Positions 1-12,760 of a DNA stretch of 48,221 nucleotides are shown one piece after another. Position numbers and translations under genes: made by a program. Origin of the DNA: Octopus bimaculoides (taxonomy: Eukaryota); assembly GCF_001194135.2 (NCBI RefSeq), contig NC_068995.1:46618496-46666716 (forward strand), written 5' to 3'. How positions within the stretch are numbered: position 1 is the stretch's first letter; every line of letters begins with the position of its first letter. The notes beneath the pieces were generated by a model, which was not told the DNA's origin, did no database searches, and saw only the letters and a list, made by a program, of their open reading frames with translations.

Positions 1-165
1 GTAAGGCTATAAGTTTATATTGTTGGAGAAGGCTATGTAAGGCTATAAGTTTATATTGTTGGAGAAGGCTATGTAAGGCTATAAGTTTATATTGTTGGAG
101 AAGGCTATGTAAGGCTATAAGTTTATATTGTTGGAGAAGGCTATGTAAGGCTATAAGTTTATATT
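1..165. repeat. 36-bp minisatellite, 4 perfect copies plus 21 bp (may extend left of the window)
   Basis: Unit GTAAGGCTATAAGTTTATATTGTTGGAGAAGGCTAT at 1, 37, 73 and 109, partial at 145; no spacers. Confidence 0.97.
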
Positions 166-439
166 TTTACGTGTATATGATGATATAGATGCAAGGGTAA
201 TTGCTTTTCGTGATTGCATTTTTCCCTGCAATAAGCATTACTGACAAAATTCTGGTGTGTCTATTAGCTTGCTAAAACCACGGTCAAAATAAATCGTCTG
301 CCTTATATGACTGACAACAAATGTGCATAAAAGGAAAAACAAAAGGAAGAAAATATCCTAGAGGTTCTTGTGCAAACATCAAAATTGTTTTGCAAAAAGA
401 TATTATCATGTACTTTGGGGTTGGGGGTAGAAATGTGTA

Positions 440-640
440 GGTTTAAATATGAAGGTGTGTAAACCTCAGGCTGATCCGCATTCAGTCGTACTACGGGGCT
501 CTCATCGTGTGTGAATGTGTGTATATGAGTCTTTGTTCGTTCCATCAGTACGTTTAAACCGCTATTGGTTTCTTTCACTAGGACTATATGCTGTTGCTCC
601 AGCAGGGCTACAAACGAATGACTAAAGCAAGATAGTAAAA
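440..640 (+). mobile_element. Degenerate SINE family A, 3' part
   Basis: GTTGCTCCAGCAGGGCTACAAACGAATGACTAAAGCAAG resembles the reverse complement of the family A tail at 15220-15280. Confidence 0.5.
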
Positions 641-652
641 CGGTGTGTGTGT

Positions 653-687
<35 letters not shown>

Positions 688-1311
688 CATACATATGCAC
701 TTACATGCACATATATGTATATACACCTACATACGCATATATACATATACATACATGTGTATANNNNNNNNNNNNNNNNNNNNNNNNNNNNNNNNNNNNN
801 NNNNNNNNNNNNNNNNNNNNNNNNNNNNNNNNNNNNNNNNNNNNNNNNNNNNNNNNNNNNNNNNNNNNNNNNNNNNNNNNNNNNNNNNNNNNNNNNNNNN
901 NNNNNNNNNNNNNNNNNNNNNNNNNNNNNNNNNNNNNNNNNNNNNNNNNNNNNNNNNNNNNNNNNNNNNNNNNNNNNNNNNNNNNNNNNNNNNNNNNNNN
1001 NNNNNNNNNNNNNNNNNNNNNNNNNNNNNNNNNNNNNNNNNNNNNNNNNNNNNNNNNNNNNNNNNNNNNNNNNNNNNNNNNNNNNNNNNNNNNACACACA
1101 CACACACATATATATATACATACGTACATATATAAATACGGAGCAAATAATTCACGGAAAAATAATTTGGGAAGGTATTATTGCCTCTATTATTATCTAG
1201 TGTAACAATTTAAAAATGATAATGACAGAATCAGTAATATAGGCGATTGCAGGCCCCAAAAAGGCATTAAGTAGCCGAAAGATTAAAGTTAGGCAAAGGA
1301 CATACTGAGTA

Positions 1312-1395
1312 TGTCTACCTGCTGGAAATAACAGTCAAAACTCTTATTGACTAATGTAAATACGAGTTTTGACTGTTATTTCAAGCAGGTAGACA
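1312..1395. repeat. Inverted repeat with 32-bp arms, 1 mismatch, 20-nt spacer (MITE-like or hairpin)
   Basis: TGTCTACCTGCTGGAAATAACAGTCAAAACTC (1312-1343) pairs with GAGTTTTGACTGTTATTTCAAGCAGGTAGACA (1364-1395). Confidence 0.92.
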
Positions 1396-1690
1396 CATTT
1401 GGTGTGTCCTTAGATTAATTTTAATGCATACACACACACACGCACACACACATATATGCATAATACCATATATATATATAAATATATATGTACATGTATA
1501 TATGTATTTGAGTGTGTGTAAGTGTGCGTGTAGACGTACGGCGTTGCTGATGAACAATTAGATATTTATTGAGTACTTTGCGGGATTATGACCGATACGT
1601 CATTGGTTCTTTTGTGTTATTTTCAACATACACACACACGCGCGCGCACAAGCACAAGCAGACACTCTCACATTAATCTATATTTGTCTA

Positions 1691-1749
<59 letters not shown>

Positions 1750-2255
1750 ATTCTAAGCATGCATATACATATAGCAATTCTTAAATGTTTTCTCAGATAA
1801 AAGAGAAAGAATTAATAAGTAGGATTATACTGTCGTTTTTGCCCACTAAATTTCTGGTTCCTGTTACTAAACATTGAAGTGACAACTTTCCAGTGAAATC
1901 CACTTGACATTCCACGAAATCAGTGAATGATAGATTAAAAATATCAAGTAAACTCCACTACAGTTTCTCACAAAAGTTCACAGAAAAGTACACAAAATTC
2001 TGTCTATGAAATCATCGTTATTTATTCTACCGTTACCCGTTCATGCTTGCGATATCTGCTGATAAAGCACTTCCGTGTTAATCATTTGTATATGTAATTT
2101 CTGAGAACGTAATATCTCCGTTGGTGTTGTGATTGTTGTTGTTGTTGCTGCCATTGCTGTTATGTGTAGCCTTCATTTAAATGTAATTGAGAAGAAAACG
2201 TTTGATGAACTCTTTTACGACTCTCAAGTTCTCATTTAATTTTCATGTATAAATA

Positions 2256-2447
2256 CGAGGGTATGCTGTAAAGTTCTTAGCTTTCGGGTAAAAGAAAATA
2301 CAGGAGGATCAGTTAATTATGATTTTATTCAACATATTCCTCTCTCAGACTCACAGACTTATTGTAGAGGTTATAATGTCTTCTAAGCCCCGTAAACCAA
2401 GCCTTTCGCGATACCCTTAAAGTCAGGAACTTTTCAGCACCCACTCG
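2256..2447 (-). mobile_element. Mariner-derived MITE (about 190-220 bp family)
   Basis: Imperfect TIRs (CGAGGGTATGCTGTAAAGTTC / GAACTTTTCAGCACCCACTCG), TA on the left; the interior matches the copies at 7412, 7855, 8381 and 20502. Confidence 0.85.
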
Positions 2448-2461
2448 TCTATCTAGGAGAT

Positions 2462-2636
2462 GGATCTAGTCGATTACATCGATACCAGTGTTTAACTGGT
2501 AGAAAATTTATCAACCCTGAAAAGATGAAAGGCTAAGTCGACCTCGGCTGATTTTGAACTCAGAACGTGAAGACGCACGAAGTGCCGCTAAGCTTTTCGC
2601 CCGACGCATTAATGATTCCGCCAGCTCGCCTCCTTA
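2462..2636 (-). mobile_element. SINE family B (tRNA-like head GGCGAGCTGGC..., Deu/Nin-like central domain)
   Basis: Reverse complement matches the plus-strand copies at 40849, 43725 and 46017. Confidence 0.85.
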
Positions 2637-3195
2637 CATAGAATTCCTAATAATAATTAATTCTAAAAGCATAATACTATTTTTTAAACATGAAATTACT
2701 ATGAAGGTCCACCCGATCGAAATAGGAATCAAAGGGTAGAAGAGAGTCCATGAGTAAAAAGTGATTGAAAACCGCTGATTTATGGAATCAGTATCTCCAA
2801 TTAAGCAGAGTCTTCGAAGGGCATGAGTATTGCTCAATTCTCCACAGTACGCAAAAGAAAAACCTCGAATATTGAAGTACATGCACGTACATGACATGTC
2901 CCACAAAATATCTTTCTTCGTCATGTTCGCAGATTGGTAGAATCAAGGGTGAAGCGGCGAGTAGTAAACGCTCTCTCTCTCTCTCTCTGCGTTAGAAAGC
3001 AATATCATATTGTCGTAATTGACCGCAGAGTGAGGAAACGCAAAGTCAGCTCTATCGGGATTTGAACTCTGGAGGGAAGGGAATGAAATTAATTACAGTA
3101 ATGCCTTTGTTCATGACCGTCTATACCTCAGTCGTACGATATCATATTTATTGCTGGTATTGGCACAGCAGTACATAAATTTATAGATCGTATAT

Positions 3196-3286
<91 letters not shown>

Positions 3287-3335
3287 CTCACGGCGAATAT
3301 ATATACACATATATGCCGTGTGTATGTGTGTGTGT

Positions 3336-3381
<46 letters not shown>

Positions 3382-3899
3382 ACATGTATGTTCGTGTGTA
3401 TATATGCATATATATATATGTATGTGAATGCATTTGTATATGTATGTATCTATGCATGTGTGTATGAATGTGTGTATACATATGTACTTTACTAAATAGA
3501 CTCCCAGTGTATTACTACGGTGTTATCCATTACATGGATATATTAGAATGCGATAAAGATTAAAATCTGGAATAAGTTTCGTAATATCTACTGTTCCGAA
3601 GAATAAACCCTCATAAAATAGTGGAATGTAAAACTGACAAATATGCCACCAGCGGTAGAAAAGAATACGGAATCAGTAGAAAATTTCCCAAAGAGGTCGT
3701 ACTTCATGGGGAGCAGATGTGGTGTCTTAATCGATTCTGTGCTATATTTTGCCTAACCAATGTCATGGGGTTAAACTTGGGAATATCGTATACTATAAAT
3801 GATGCATTTGATTGAGCAAAGAATGGGAAAATTTGATGCAGTCATATAATTCTTTCTCACATCGGCAGAATTCCTGGAGTCTGTAGCAAAGTAAGGGTG

Positions 3900-4035
3900 T
3901 AGTTGATAAAATAGACCTCAGGGCTTGATTGTTACTCTGTTTTATAAACATTGGAGGATTAAAAGGCAAAGTTGACCTCGGGAATATTTAATCTGAGAAC
4001 GTGAAGTGGTCGAATAAATAACGTACGGCGTATAG
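3900..4035 (-). mobile_element. SINE family B, degenerate (a further remnant lies at about 3018-3075)
   Basis: AAAAGGCAAAGTTGACCTCGGGAATATTTAATCTGAGAACG matches the family B central block. Confidence 0.65.
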
Positions 4036-4189
4036 TCCTAGTCCCACAATCTAGACAAACAATAATATTAGTAACTTTCTAATATAGGCACAGGGTCAGA
4101 AATTAGTTGGGGAAGCATTGGTCAATAGTATTGAATATCTTGATAGGAACTTTTCTTGGACGACACAAAAAGAATGAAATGTAAAGATG

Positions 4190-4905
4190 ACCACTGAATG
4201 ATTTCAAATCAGAAAGAAAAGAGCCTGAAGAAATACGTTTTCGTACACAAACACAATCCATTTTTCATCTCCAGTCACACGGTGTTTCAAAAAGTGCTTG
4301 CTTTCATTCTGTTTCAAAAGTATATCAGGAAAGGAATAACAGTCGAAGCAATTCTTTCCTGAGAGATTGTGAGTGAGCCATACATTATCGCGAGAAATGT
4401 ATACTCGCGTCACTGGGTGTTCATGAGACGTACTTTTAGAGACTTCCATCTCCTCTGCAACTTATCGAATCGTAATTTTGAGTTTTCTACGATTTTCGGC
4501 TTCAAAACATCTTCATCCAATTTTGAAGGTCTTCCCTTGTGACTCTCGTCTCTCAAATAAAACTCACCCGTTTAAAATTTTGCAAACCACATTCGATCAG
4601 TTGATTCACATACAGGATCATCATCATAAACTTCACGAATGTTTTTGCAAGCCTTTGCAGCATTTTCTCCTTTAAAAAAAAAGACAACCATTACAACGAG
4701 AATATGCAATTTTTGGTTATCCATTCCAAATGTCAATAAAGGATAACCGGAATCAAGGATAAATCTATTTTCAGTCAGGAGCAAAGAAGAGATACACTGC
4801 CACTGCAAGCAATGCCAAAGTTTTAACTGTGTTATATTTCAGGTGTGTTCAATGAAGCATTAAAAGATTAGCTTAAAAACGATCAGAACTTTCCGGACAA
4901 CCTAA
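4190..4905 (-). mobile_element. Mariner transposon, 5' half with decayed transposase, 3'-truncated
   Basis: Left end TA|TTAGGTTGTCCGGAAAGTTC at 4907 downward. From ATG 4724: MDNQKLH...FFKGENAAKACKNIREVYDDD...MWFAKF (N-terminal HTH), then WLTHNLS (WVPHEL-like) and FLKHRVTGDEKWI (first catalytic Asp). Stops and frameshifts are present. Confidence 0.93.
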
Positions 4906-4974
4906 TATGTATGTATGTACATGCATATAAATGCATATATATATATATATGTATCTATGTATGTATCTCTTTAT

Positions 4975-4976
4975 CT

Positions 4977-5014
<38 letters not shown>

Positions 5015-5047
5015 TTCTCTCTCTATTTCTCTCTCTCTATCTCTCTC

Positions 5048-5085
<38 letters not shown>

Positions 5086-5115
5086 TATCTATCTATCTAT
5101 CTATTTATCTATTTA
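4975..5115. repeat. (CT)n/(CTAT)n polypyrimidine microsatellite
   Basis: Direct reading. Confidence 0.95.
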
Positions 5116-5627
5116 TCTACCAATTAGCCATCTGCATAAATATATACAAACGTGTTTGTAAGTGTGTTTTTGTGTGTGTGTATAGATATATCTGTGTGTG
5201 TGTGCGTATGTACATCTATATGTGCGTGTATATATATATATATATATATATATAGATATATAGATATATACATACACATACGCACCCGCACCAACACATG
5301 CTTGTGTGTGTGCATACGTATACGTGTATGTATACGCACACATGTACGCAGACACGCACACATGCGCACACGAACACACACAACACCCACACACACACAC
5401 ACACACACACATACACACACACAGCCACTCATACGTACACACATAAATCTAGCCATAAATTAAAGATGTCAACGGGTTTTACAATGATTGATGGAGACAC
5501 ACAGGCTGAACAACATATTAAATAAATAGAAGTACTTTTAAAATCCAAATCTGACAATACTAGATGTTGTTGTCGTTGTTGTTTTTCTTATTCTTGTTTG
5601 TTATATTGTTGCTGTTGTTGTTGTTGT

Positions 5628-5830
5628 TGTTGTTGTCTAGCCCAGGGAAGGCTTTATTCGGTCGGCTGAGGATTAAAGAACATTGTAAACATAGACACCT
5701 TGTATTTTCTGTCTTTTTTTTTTTTTAGAGTGACTATAACTATAGTACTAAACCTACGTTTTCCTTTCCCATGACGACAAGATGTGATTTGAGGGAAATG
5801 TAGCTGCTGTTTCTATTGAAGAGACCGAAG
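5628..5830 (-). mobile_element. Unclassified interspersed repeat family D (GAAA-hairpin block, (CAA)n tail)
   Basis: Reverse complement ...TAGAAACAGCAGCTACATTTCCCTC...CTGGGCTAGACAACAACAAC shares blocks with 10170-10255, 29840-30020 and 44495-44680. Confidence 0.55.
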
Positions 5831-6008
5831 TACTACATCGGAATTTCCTTCGTAGATGAAGAATATATATATATAGTCAGATATACAACATGCACATACC
5901 CATATGTGTGTTTGCGTGCAGGCGTGTGTATCCGCTTCCGCGCGCTGTATATGTATATATATAAACATACACACATACATGCATACATACATACACACAC
6001 ACACACAT

Positions 6009-6058
<50 letters not shown>

Positions 6059-6138
6059 GGTGATAAATTGAATATTAGTTTAATTTAAAACCAAGTGGCC
6101 TACCATATAAAAAAAACAACTGAAAATTCAGAAAAATA

Positions 6139-6263
6139 GTATTACATGTGTATAAGAAGGGATGACCACTTAGTGTACATCCTATATGGTAGAAAGAGGT
6201 TGATGACCTCTTTCTAGCATATAGGATGTCCACTTAGCGTTCATTCCTTCTTATATACATGTA

Positions 6264-6267
<4 letters not shown>
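6139..6267. repeat. 129-bp near-perfect palindrome (62-bp arms, 5-nt loop); foldback MITE or hairpin-RNA candidate
   Basis: 6139-6165 pairs with 6241-6267 (27 bp, two G.T). 6177-6200 pairs with 6206-6229 (24 bp, one mismatch). The middle 11 bp pair 7/11. Confidence 0.93.
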
Positions 6268-6307
<40 letters not shown>

Positions 6308-6369
6308 ACATACCTGCATGCATGTTTGTTATGTGTATATATGTATGTTGTGTGTATATGTGTATGTTT

Positions 6370-6465
6370 TATTTCAAGATTCTTGCCAATAGAGAAAGAG
6401 CCGGTTTCTAACCTAGATTCAAGGCTCCTTCGTTGGAATTTCATCATTAACAACAAGGTATTTTT
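6370..6465 (-). mobile_element. Interspersed repeat family F (possibly Penelope-related)
   Basis: TTTCAAGATTCTTGCCAATAGAGAAAGAGCCGGTTTCTAACCTAGAT...GGAATTTCA is closely similar to 42145-42230. Confidence 0.7.
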
Positions 6466-6507
6466 GTATGTATGTATGTATGTATGTATGTATGTATGTC
6501 TATCTAT

Positions 6508-6542
<35 letters not shown>

Positions 6543-6757
6543 NNNNNNNNNNNNNNNNNNNNNNNNNNNNNNNNNNNNNNNNNNNNNNNNNNNNNNNNNN
6601 NNNNNNNNNNNNNNNNNNNNNNNNNNNNNNNNNNNNNNNNNNNNNNNNNNNNNNNNNNNNNNNNNNNNNNNNNNNNNNNNNNNNNNNNGAATTTACTGTT
6701 TTTATTTAATATAAAACTACTACTAATACCACCACCACCACCACCACCACCACCACC

Positions 6758-6818
<61 letters not shown>

Positions 6819-7411
6819 TATTAAATCCAACATCATCATTATTATTATTATTATCATTATTAGTATTATTGATGTTGTTTTTATTATTATGAAAACGATT
6901 TTTATTATTAGGAATATTTAGTTATTTTATAACACTTTTAACGCAATTAAAAGCTACAGTATCCGTCCTCCTCCTCCTTCCCTCCTCTACTTCACACCAA
7001 ACCTGCCACCCATTTTGTCAGAATTGGATTTTACGCTTCAGTCAACTCTCAAAAAGTTTTCGTAAACAAAGTTAATTAAAAACGAAAATCGGGCAAAAAC
7101 GAACTTAAATAAATAAATAAATAAATAAATAAATGAATACGAATAAGACAAATACTCATGAAATTAAACGATTTCTTTCTATATAAAATGTATTGACTTA
7201 TGTATGAGTATACTGAAGTGTACCCTGCGGGCTTTATAATATAAGCTCAACTGATTTTTGCTTTCTCTGTCTCTCTGTCTATCTATATCTCTCTCGTCCT
7301 ACTCTTTCTCTCTCACTCCTCACGTTGTAACTTTCTTTTTCTCCTCCCTCTCTATCTGTTCAATATATTTCGTAACATAATGTGTGATCAAACGGCAGGG
7401 GGCGATATTCT

Positions 7412-7604
7412 CCAAGGGGGGTGCTGAAAAGTTCCTGGTTTTGGTTTAAAAGAAAACACAGGAGAATCAGGAGAATTTTATTCTCAGATTCTCATAGTGG
7501 TCCTTCAGTTTTTCTAAACCCTGTAAAAGAACTCCGAAGTTTGGTCCTCCAATCAGGCCTTTCGCGAAACCCGTAAAAGCCAGGAAATCACCGGTACCAT
7601 CCCG
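7412..7604 (-). mobile_element. Mariner-derived MITE
   Basis: GGGGGGTGCTGAAAAGTTCCTGG left TIR; interior matches 2256-2447; ends CCCG|TA. Confidence 0.8.
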
Positions 7605-7854
7605 TACATCCATACATAAATACGTACATATGTATACATATACATACATAAATATGCACGCACAAACACACATATAAATAATTACAGCGTGGAAGGTGTT
7701 TATAAGCCATTATAAGAACGCACAAAAACCGTTAGATTCACTTCAACGTTTGAATTTAATTTGCGGCAAAATATTTACGTCGCTTTGAAACCGCAACCTG
7801 TTCGCTGACAAAATTTCGTGCTGCCTCACATACATATACATAAATACATTTATA

Positions 7855-7970
7855 CGAGGGGTTGCAGAAAAGCTATGCGTAAAAGAAAATGCAGGAGGAT
7901 CAGTTAATTATGATTTCATTCTTTCATTCCATTCCGTCTCAGAGTCATACACTTATTGCAGCGTTCCTTC
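7855..7970 (-). mobile_element. Mariner-derived MITE, partial
   Basis: TA|CGAGGGGTTGCAGAAAAG...AGGAGGATCAGTTAATTATGATTT, as in 2256-2447. Confidence 0.75.
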
Positions 7971-7990
7971 AGTATGTGTATGTCTCTCTC

Positions 7991-8067
<77 letters not shown>

Positions 8068-8380
8068 TTTCGCGTGGATAAGAACCTTATATAGTCTGCA
8101 CCAAAAGCTCAGCTCCATTACCTTATCGCAATTCAGCGTATATTTACGTCTCCTTTTTTGGAATGGTACATTATCTTTGAATGTTAGCCAAATAAAGAGT
8201 GGCTAACACAAGACAAAGACATCGTCACATATAACGACCATCACCACTAGCACTACTGCAGATATTGGCACCACTTTAATGGAGTACATACAGTATCTTT
8301 ACAATGAAACACCGTCAACAACTGTCCATCAAAATAAATACATACATATATACATGCATACGTACATACATACATACATA

Positions 8381-8598
8381 CGAGAAAGTTCTAAAAATTT
8401 CATGGCTTTAAGGGTATCGCGAAAGGCCTGGCTGGAAGCCCAACCTATCGAGTTCTTTTACAAGGCTTAGAAAAAAATGATGGATCGCTGCAATAAGAGT
8501 GTGATTCTGAGAGGGGAATATGTTGAATAGAATAATAATAAACTGATCCTTCTGTGTGTTCCGTTACCCAAGGCCAGGAACATTTCAGCACCACCTCG
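8381..8598 (+). mobile_element. Mariner-derived MITE with both TA flanks
   Basis: TA|CGAG...CTCG|TA. The interior translates, with frameshifts, to WLEAQPIEF-LQGLEK-MDRCNKSVILRGEYVE*, which is a mariner transposase C-terminus. Confidence 0.88.
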
Positions 8599-8623
8599 TA
8601 CATACATACATACATACATACAT

Positions 8624-8952
8624 AAAGGAGCACTACGTCGGTTACGACGACGAGGGTCCCAGCTGATACGATCAACGGAACAGCTTGCACTTGAAATTAA
8701 CTTGCAAGTGGCTGAGCACTCCACAGACACGTGTACCCTTAACGTAGTTCTCAGAGAGATTCGGCGTGGCATAGAGTGTGACAAGGCAGACCCTTTGAAA
8801 TACAGGTACTACTCATTTGTTGGCCAGCTGAGTGGACTGGAGCAACGTGAAATAAAGTGTCTTGCTCAAGGACACAACGCGTCGCCGGGAATCGAATTCA
8901 CGACCTCACGATCGTGAGCCGAGTGCCCCTAACCACTAAGCCACGCGCCTTC
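8624..8952 (-). mobile_element. SINE family C, near full length (tRNA head plus CORE-like domain)
   Basis: Minus strand: A-box TGGCTTAGTGG, B-box-like GAATTCGATTCCC, then GTGTCCTTGAGCAAGACACTTTATTTCACGTTGCTCCAGTCCACTCAGCTG (resembles the CORE domain). Homologous to 21815-22068 and 32115-32358. Confidence 0.88.
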
Positions 8953-9331
8953 ACATACGTACATACATACATACATACATACATACATACATACATACAT
9001 AGCAAGAAGCTTATATAAACCTCCACGCGAAAGCATGCCTGTAGATTTACATAAACCACAGGAACTCAATTCAAGCAGTGTTTGTTTTGATGTTGTTACG
9101 CTATAGAATAAGACCATAAAATCTAAGACGGTTGAAGTATAGATTACAGAAATTGAATGCAAAAAATCAGAATCGTTTTACGATTGTCCAGTGTATTTGA
9201 TAAATTTTAATTAATTCACATACACAATGTCGGCTTAAGTTGCATCGTTTTATTCTGTAACACACACACACACGCGAGCGCGCACGCGCGCACGCTCACA
9301 CACACACAAAGTCCTCACATACATATACATA

Positions 9332-9373
<42 letters not shown>

Positions 9374-11024
9374 CGCATCTTTATAGAAAATTACGTAATA
9401 TGCAATACATATTTGTCTATGTATGAGTGTATATATATATATATATATATATATACACGAAGCTTTATAGAGAATTACATAATATGCAATATATACACAA
9501 ATGCATATTTTTGTATATATGAGTATATATATATATGCGTTTGTGTGTCTGAATATTACATATATGTATCTATGAAATCATACAATATGCAATGTATGCT
9601 TCTTTATATACATTTGCGTATATGCATGAATGTATATGCGTGAATGTATTTGAAGTCGAATATTGCACCAAAAGAAATTAATATTATTCTAATTAAAATA
9701 TGCAATAATATGAAGAATACATTTATAATCAAAATTATTTTAACTAGCTGCAGGCATCCAAGGTTGGCCTCGTAATTAAAATGTACAAACCGTTTATCGT
9801 TTTGTTTAATTAATGAGTAATAATTTATATGTAGTTGTATTTGTATGTGATTATATTTTCACAGATGTATGCACGCACACGATGCACACGCAAGCACACA
9901 TGTTAGTAATGAACTGGGAGAAAGAGCATGCAATACAGAAGATATGTTAATTATTGCGGTACTGGAATCAACATTAAATGTCTAGTGCCATTGGTTTCAC
10001 GCTCTCGGTTAGCCAGTATGAAAACACTTGTATTTGAAATTACGTTTATATTGGACCCGTGAATTCATCAGAGATATTTTCCATGCATTTTCTATATATT
10101 TTTTCTCATATACATTTTAACTATGAATGTAGACTACGAAATATATTGTTCATTTACTAAGACACTGATGTGGCGGTTGCAAGAGTTTACACTGCTATTT
10201 CTAGCATCCGGAGCGATCACATAGAAGCTCGGATCCCATTGGTCAATTTAAGTTACCTATAGCTGAAAGCATAAACATTAAAAGACATAACTAAAACAAA
10301 AAAAACACAAAAATATATTATTTTGCCTACAAGTGCGTCGCCATTCCATTCATTTTCTTGTCTCCTTTTTATTTATCTTTTTATCGTTCTATTATTAAAA
10401 TCACTGTGTCATTCATTAAAGAATTTGTTAATTAATGCGAGAAATTAATGAGGTATAAAACAGTAAATATCGCGAGAGGACAAAACCAGTTAGATATTTT
10501 AAAAAATCAGAATTATATTCACTTCTAATTTGTTTCGTCGTTTTGATATTTCTCATTTCATTTTCTTGTATCTGTGTTTTTGTGTCTCATACCTCTTGAG
10601 ATTTTCCTTCTTTTTCTTTCTATTGTCACGTTTTGTTTTTGTACACACAGAAGAGACAAGGAGTGACACTCCGAAGAAAAGAAAAGAAAAAAGAAATCTC
10701 TTTCACTCAACCACGCCATTTCAAATCAAATAACTGATACAATTACATAAATTGGGGCGCATTAGCCCAAATATTTACTGCATACACAAGCCTTTTTTAT
10801 GGTTGACAGCCTTCACACACATACCACTAACACTACCACCCTACAACACTACTTAAAAAACATAAACGCGCTCGCGCACACACACACAAATATATGCGCG
10901 TGTGTGAATGTGTATATATATTTATAACTAAATATATATATATGTATATATATGTATATATGCATATACATACATATATATATATATATGTGTGTGTATA
11001 TATATATATAGATGTATATATGTA

Positions 11025-11062
<38 letters not shown>

Positions 11063-11072
11063 CATATATATA

Positions 11073-11151
<79 letters not shown>

Positions 11152-11496
11152 GTATGTATATGAAGGTATTCATAGACTAACCGATATGATACGAGAGAAG
11201 CAATTCATCGAATTTCTGTAATATGTAACATATTTGAAATAGCACAGTCTGCTTTCTTATAAACTTTCATATTGAAGGTTACTTTTGATTTAAAATACGA
11301 GCGCTATATTGCTTAAAACGTAATGAATGCTCACAGTCAACATATGTGTATTTACATATACACTAACACACATATTTATGTATATGCGTATAAAGAGGTA
11401 GTAATGCGATTAAACACTTAAGCTTCATACACACACAGATACACACGCGCACGCTCGTACGCACATATATACTGATAGATGAATATTTTAAAAATT

Positions 11497-11688
11497 TTAC
11501 TTGTTTCAGTCATTAGACTGTAGCCATACTGTGGCAGGGCACTGCTTATTTCATAAGCGTGGTACTTATTCTATTAGTAACTTAAGCCGAACCGCTAACG
11601 CATAGATATGCATACAGATATCTATACGACGAGCTTCTTTCAGTTTCCATCTACCAAACCCACTTACAAGGCCCTAGTAGAAAACACA
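11497..11688 (-). mobile_element. SINE family A, internally deleted
   Basis: Blocks TTGTTTCAGTCATT..., GCCGAACCGCTAA and TATACGACGAGCTTCTTTCAGTTTCC match 15220-15606. Confidence 0.75.
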
Positions 11689-11830
11689 GGGAAAATAGAA
11701 CGAAGAGAATAAGCCAAGAAAATACTGTTAGCATAGGTAAATAATAAGTAAGACCTAAACAAGTATTAGGGGAAATCATGAAATATTGTGTAGAATAATG
11801 GGTAAAAATCGTATAAAATGTATGCATTCA

Positions 11831-12377
11831 CAGTGCGTCCCAAAAGTCACTGGTGTATTTCAATTTTTAATAACTCCCTTAACTTTACAAATAAATACAT
11901 AAAATGTTGATACAATATAAAGGACCTAATTGAAATTAATATGCATAAGTCACATTTTGCAACACTACTACATCACATTTGAAAAATGACAACGCTTAAA
12001 TGGCAGCCATTTTCGTCTTTGCAATCCCGTGCTCTTTCCCAAAACTTGCACCATAACACCCTCAAGCGTTTCAGACCCCACTTCTCCGATTTCCCTAATG
12101 ATGTTCTAGGGAATGTGAAGGACAGTTAACATTGCCATGGCGGGAGATTATTTTCTCTCCAAAGCACTGTCGTAGCAACTGCATTGTTTCTCTTGCAGTA
12201 TGGGCAGTTGCCCCATCTTGCTGGAACCAAGAGTGAGGACTGCTTTGAATGGCCTTCACGTTCCCTAGACTTTACCAGCTCAGATTTGTACTTGTGGGGA
12301 TACCTGAAAGAGAGGGGTTTACGTTAACAAACCGGAGACCCTGGTACAACTAAAGGAAAACATCATTAGAGAAATCG
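11831..12377 (+). mobile_element. Tc1/Tc3-like DNA transposon remnant
   Basis: Putative TIR start CAGTGCGTCCCAAAAGTC. 12247-12376 translates, with frameshifts, to EWPSRSLDFTSSDLYLWGYLKER-VYVN-PETLVQLKENIIREI, matching WPxRSPDLxPxDFFLWGxLK. Confidence 0.85.
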
Positions 12378-12413
12378 TAGTAGTAGTAGTGGTAGTAGTA
12401 GTAGTAATAGTAA

Positions 12414-12454
<41 letters not shown>

Positions 12455-12760
12455 CGAGGAGGAGGAGGAGGAGGAGGAGGAGGAGGTAAGGAGTAGAGAA
12501 GCAGAAGAAGAATGAGGATGGGAGTGGAGAAAGAGAGAAAAGAGAATGAAGAGGGGAGAAGGAGAAGAAGGAGAAGAAGAAGAAGAAAAAGAAGAAGAAG
12601 AAGAAGAAAAGGAAGAAGAGGAATAATAATAATAATATTAATAATAATAATAATAATGAAAAGAAGAAGAAGAAGAAGAAAAAGAAGAAGAAGAAGAAGA
12701 GGAAGAGGAAGGAGAAGAAGGAGAACACAATGACGACGACGTTGAAGTACAAGAAGAAGG
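12376..12760. repeat. Compound triplet microsatellite (TAG)n-(GAG)n-(GAA)n-(AAT)n-(GAA)n-(GAC)n
   Basis: Direct reading. Confidence 0.95.

Noticed and set aside
1-165. CRISPR-like 36-bp repeats
   Set aside because: Units are directly adjacent with no spacers, there are no cas genes, and the context is eukaryotic.
2634-2924. 96-aa minus-strand ORF (MTKKDILWDMS...)
   Set aside because: No recognisable motif, the end runs into a SINE, and candidate splice sites create a stop.
8624-8952. tRNA gene calls for sequences with A and B boxes
   Set aside because: Heads continue into SINE bodies, are degenerate, and recur as interspersed copies; I could not see a complete cloverleaf.
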